Below, in pieces: positions 59,174 through 64,000 of a stretch of 64,000 nucleotides of DNA. Position numbers and translations under genes: made by a program. Positions within the stretch are counted from its first letter, which is position 1, and the number at the start of each line of letters is the position of its first letter. Location: the NCBI GenBank assembly GCA_030704615.1, contig CM060733.1, positions 62,744,001 through 62,808,000 of the forward strand, read 5' to 3'. Below the pieces are notes generated by a model, which was given only the letters and a program-made list of their open reading frames with translations, was not told the origin of the DNA and did not search any database. The stretch comes from Takakia lepidozioides (lineage: Eukaryota > Plantae > Bryophyta).

Positions 59174-62100
59174 ATGGCAATGGAGGTGTCTGCACGCCCC
59201 AAGCCATTACGTGCCAGATCTACAATAACCCCTGCAGCGGATCCCACAGGGAAGTGGCGCCTCAATGCCAACAAACTGCGGCCTAAAACTACCCTCCGAC
59301 CACCCAAAGGACAAAAATCCAAATGTCCCACCAAAATGTTAGGTGATCACTTGAGTTGCCAGCATCCTATGATCATCATCGTTGATATGTTTTGTGTGAC
59401 TTGCTTTCTGAGTAGGGTTATGCATGATAAGCTTGGACCATGCGTTGTGTGATTATGTTTGTTGGTTTTCTTCTCTAGAAGAGAGACTATGCATCATGTT
59501 GAAGTCAACGGAGAAAATATGGTCAAAGGACCTTACACCGTGTCAAGGCACCGATTGGTGTGTTATGTTGAGTCATGCTCCCTAGTTTTACCTTCCTCTT
59601 ATGTTTGCCAAAGCAAGAGAGCCCATTGCCATTTGAGGCTTGTTTATATCTGTTGTATTATCAATATATTAAGCAAATGTAGTTGTTTGTTTTGTTTTAT
59701 TTGTCATGTTGAGATCTCCCAAACCACAAGGCCTCCGCCCAAGTTCTTAATACCATTGGAAAGCCCTTGATGAGTAAATCATAATTTTTGGACCTAAGAT
59801 ATTGAATTTCAAGTATTTTTTGTCACTAAAATTCAGGAATAATAGCAAATTGGATTTTTTTTTTTTTTTTTTTTTTTTCCCCTAATATTCCCTTCACTTG
59901 TCTTTTGGTACACATGGTCATAAATGTATGTGCTCAATGGCACAGGCCACACTAGTAGACATGTATGTAGTCCAGATAGAATGGACATGGTTGGGCTCAA
60001 CTCATGAATTCGTAAAAACAACTAAGGTTTTGTTTCTGCCTACACATGATTGGGTGTTTCATGGTACCATCTACCCTATATAATTGTGTTATACCTTGGG
60101 GAGTAGAGAAATATAACACATATAGATATTTAACATCACAACAGATATAGAATAAGAATATTTCAAAAAATCACACTTAGAGAAGGAACACCTACACAGA
60201 GCTTGAAAATTGGAATCTAACACTTAAAGAGTTTGAATGATCCCTATGTTTAAAGTAAAATGAAAGAGCCGATAGGTTTAATTGATATGTGTCATGACGT
60301 CATGACCTTAGACCAAGTTGTCTTTTTATACAGTCATACATGTATGCATATGAAGAAAACTAGCACTTATTAAAGGTCATTTAGTAAGGGAGGGAGAAAA
60401 AAATAAAAAATCATAACATTTTTATTGTTATTTTTTTTTAACACTTAACACTTGCTTTGTAAAATCTTTGGGAATAAAAAATATATCACAGATATAGAGG
60501 GTTAACATATATGGAGGGAACATTCCTGGGTAGACTGTAAAGCGAGGGCTAAGCACTTTTGAGTGCCAAAAGAGTGTATACTACTCCACCGTCCGTTATT
60601 TGAGCTTTAGTGGACAACTTTGATCGTCATGAACCAAGAACTTACTTAACTGTTGGTTTGACATTTTGAATTCATATTTTAAGTACCTCCAATAGATATC
60701 CAAGTTGCAAGGTAAGTCTGGAAACATTAAAAAAACACTAGCATTGAAAGCACCCAACCATATACAGGTCTGGAAAGTGAGATTGATAGATATTATCAAG
60801 AGCAAGAAGACTTGTTGCAAGGATTTCTCGAAATGGATGTCATTGATCAGCAGGGGGGGTATTTCCCAAGTACCACTCAAGTAATTTCTCCTATACTCAT
60901 ATCTCTTATGGATTTGCCTAAGAACTCATAAGATGATAGCAAACTTCAAGAGAGTAAAAAACGGACAGGATCATTGGTCAAAGCTTCCTTGTCTAACTTT
61001 ATATTGATCTTACGATGTTTTGTTGACACAAATGTTCAATCTGCATAGTCCCAACTTGTGGTCCTTATTAGGGCCACATTTCATAGGCACTCCCAAACGT
61101 CCCCCAATGAACTACCCCCACAAAGGAATTGCCCCTCCAAAACACGAGGGGGTGGTTCACCGTTCCATGGAGACCCTTACAATTCCCCCTCCTAAAAATG
61201 CGCCACCCTTCTAATAGCCCCTCTCGATGGCCTTCCATGAGGCTGCAGGCCCCACAAGAGGCTGACATAGGCCTGCAATGCGTCTTGACGGAAGGGGACA
61301 TTCTATGGGGCGCCCCTTACAGAATATCCTATTTAGACCAATGGGTTTTCCTGAAACCTGGGGATGGTTGATGGGGCCCGGGGGAGCACTTGGGAGTGCC
61401 CAAGGAACCGAGCACTTACTTGCATATCTGTATTTTTTCTCTCTGATTCCCTCAACTTCATATTACAATGCTCAAACTACAAATTCATTGTGGTTTCTAG
61501 CAACAATCATCGATTGGTCACCGCTTCCATTTTGAGCCAGGCCTCGCACTAAAAGGGCTTCATGTATTGAACAAAAGCTCCAACCATAAACAAAGCAACT
61601 GTCATGACCCAATCTTGCCCACTAACCTTTGTTCTATTTCCATTTGAGCATGCACAAGGAAATATTAGAGGTGCAATATAAAAAGTCGGGCTGACATGAT
61701 AGGCTTTCAAATTAATCAAGACTATCAAGTTATATCGGAAGGAAACATGTATTCCCCATTCATTATTTTAAGCATCACCATATATGTGCTTTGTAGAAGA
61801 GACAAAGGAATTGTGTAGACACTAACATTTAAATCTCTTAGAGCACATGTCTGAATGTCTCACAGTCCCTCATTTTGACAAGAAACCGGATGAACAAGTT
61901 TTGATGGTTATGCTATTGACAACGTGATAACTCATTTGTCCATAGGAGGAGCGCGACAAAATTAGACGGGGAGAGAAAATAGCTATTCGAGCCTCCAATT
62001 TGGCAAATGTTATTTTGTTCGTGGCCAAATTATATGCTTGCATTAAAAGTGGGTCGCTGGCAATAATTGCCTCCACCTTGGATTCCTTGCTAGACCTGTT

Positions 62101-63955
62101 GTCGGGCCTCATTTTGTGGTATACAGCATTTTCCATGCGAAGAAAAAATCCTTATCTTTATCCAATCGGCAAAAAGCGGAAGCAACCTTTGGTTGGTTCC
62201 TTACATATTGTGTCTATATTCATTTATTTGGACTTGGTCGATGTTGTGAAATGTTTAAATTTTATTTTATTTTAAATTTTTAAATTAATTTTAAAACAGG
62301 CCAGAGAAAAAAATTATTTTAAAGGAGGAGGACTTGGAATAGACCAGATGCGCTCTCATCCACAATTTTTAAGGCATGAGAGAGATACTTGAAGAAATGA
62401 GTCCAGCAAGAGAAGAGATGGAAAGACAAAGACTAGAAAAGGCCAACATAAAGTGACATCAACATAGTGGATCTAAGTTTTGTTAGATAGGTTATTGGCT
62501 TGCAGGGCATCTTGGTTTTTGCTTGTGTGATGGCGATGTTGGGGCTTGAAATTTTTGCAGAGTCTATACGCAAACTTATTTCTAAGGCAAACATTGTACC
62601 CTTATATATTCCCAGCATGTACAATATCTATGCAAAATCATTTTAGTCACTTGAAAATGTTGTCATTAACGAACAAACATGCACCATATCTTAAAACCAA
62701 TAGATGCAGTTAGAAATTTGTAGAATACAACAATCAAATTTAAAGATATTTAGCAAAACTATGCTCATTTGCCCATTCATGTTTTCACAATAGCATTTTT
62801 GCATTTGCGCATAATAGAGAACCCTACTAGTTCGTAATTTGGTCATAATGCCAAAGTTTTGCAATAGTAGAAAATTAAACATTGTAAACTACTACATCAT
62901 ATAGTACCTAAACTGCAGAAATGTGTTAAAATTGACATCTGTTGGTTGTGACAGGATCATGCATCTGATCTAGGCACTGGCAACAAAAGGGCTTGGGTGA
63001 TCGGCATCATGTTGGGCGTGACAATCGTTAAATTTTTTCTTACACTTTATTGTCGTGCTTTCAGTAATGAGATTGTGAGGGCGTATGCCCAAGATCATTT
63101 CTTCGATGTTATGACCAATTCTATCGGCCTAATTGCAGCTGTGTTGGCTACTATTATTACTGGTGGCTTGATCCTGGTGGAGCGATTGTGGTAAGAAATT
63201 TGGACGATAGTTTTTATTGCAATATTGTATCCATTTTTGTAAGTTTGTGGGACAAATTTTAATGACAATCGTTATTTTATTTATTTTATTTTTAAAAGAA
63301 ACTCTTTTGAAGATGGAAGCTAGTTGTCCCATTCGTGGAGAGTTTTCAACTTTTCATGGACAATTGAAATTGTATTATTTGCTGAATTTTGACAAGGACC
63401 GAACATTGAAGTTTAGGTAGAGGAGGGAGGGTGGGGGGGTTTATATTTTCAAAAATCTAAAAGACAGGAAATTGTTAGCTCCCTCCTTCTTTAATTCAAT
63501 AAGAGCGTTTTGTAAATATATAAGGTACAGCTCATTTATGTCTTTCGTCCTAAAAAATATACAAGTTCTCTTTCCCATTTTTTAATGGGTTTGTCTGTAT
63601 GCAGTTGGCGATGTACACAATGCGAACTTGGACACTAACCATGCTTGACGCTTTGAAATCATTGTCAAGCAGAACAGCGCCGCCTGAGTTTTTGGCAAGA
63701 ATTACTTACCTCGTTTGGAATCATCACAAAGAAATACGAAAAATAGACACGGTGCGTGCCTACACGTTAGGAGAGTTCTATTTTGCCGAGGTGGATATCA
63801 TGTTGCCAAAAGATATGGCTTTGCAGCAAGCACATGACATTGGAGAATCCCTTCAAGACAAGTTGGAAACATTGCCTGAAATCGAGCGTGCATTTGTGCA
63901 TTTGGACTATGAGGTTAGCCATAGGCCCGAACACGCGGGGCACCCTGACTATTGA
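59174..63955 (+). CDS. MTP: Metal tolerance protein (Mn-CDF cation diffusion facilitator, MTP8-11 group, MTP11-like), 6 exons
   Basis: Exons 59174-59342, 60768-60880, 61946-62191, 62506-62586, 62955-63190 and 63605-63955. Motifs [49 protein letters not shown] and [14 protein letters not shown]. One base is missing near 63150. Confidence 0.92.
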
Positions 63956-64000
63956 ATTTTTCCAACTGAAACCAAAATTTGCACCTATCCCATTGTGATA

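Noticed and set aside
61070-61410. MITE in MTP intron 2 (GC-rich patch)
   Set aside because: No TIR or TSD could be identified.

Overview
This is transposon-dense land-plant nuclear DNA, probably from a non-seed plant judging by the TE lineages, though the species cannot be read from the sequence. It contains: (1) Three copies of a non-chromovirus Ty3/gypsy family ('family B'): a decayed partial copy at 1-3270, a TSD-bounded copy at 16982-30591 with an internal inversion, and a TSD-bounded minus-strand copy at 45468-58239. (2) A second Ty3/gypsy element whose pol carries a complete C5-cytosine DNA methyltransferase between protease and RT, plus a PHD finger after integrase (about 6996-16685, with matching LTR pieces at 44799-45467 and 58240-58489). 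(3) A Mutator-like DNA transposon (GCM-like Zn domain, DDE/CxxH core, SWIM). It carries a divergently transcribed, intron-containing gene fusing a ParB/Srx-like domain to a beta-class N6-adenine/N4-cytosine methyltransferase. Between its two genes lie about 28 copies of a 22-bp palindrome at 53-bp spacing. An apparent ~37.8-kb inversion, with ATCC microhomology at both breakpoints, splits this element into 36063-44798 and 3714-6999. (4) A CACTA terminus, PPR pseudogene fragments and one host gene, a Mn-CDF/MTP transporter at 59174-63955. The best candidate for an undescribed system is the Mutator + ParB-methyltransferase + phased palindrome array; the DNMT+PHD retrotransposon is second. Domain calls come from motif recognition by eye, not database searches. 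Many 1-nt frameshifts could be sequencing errors.
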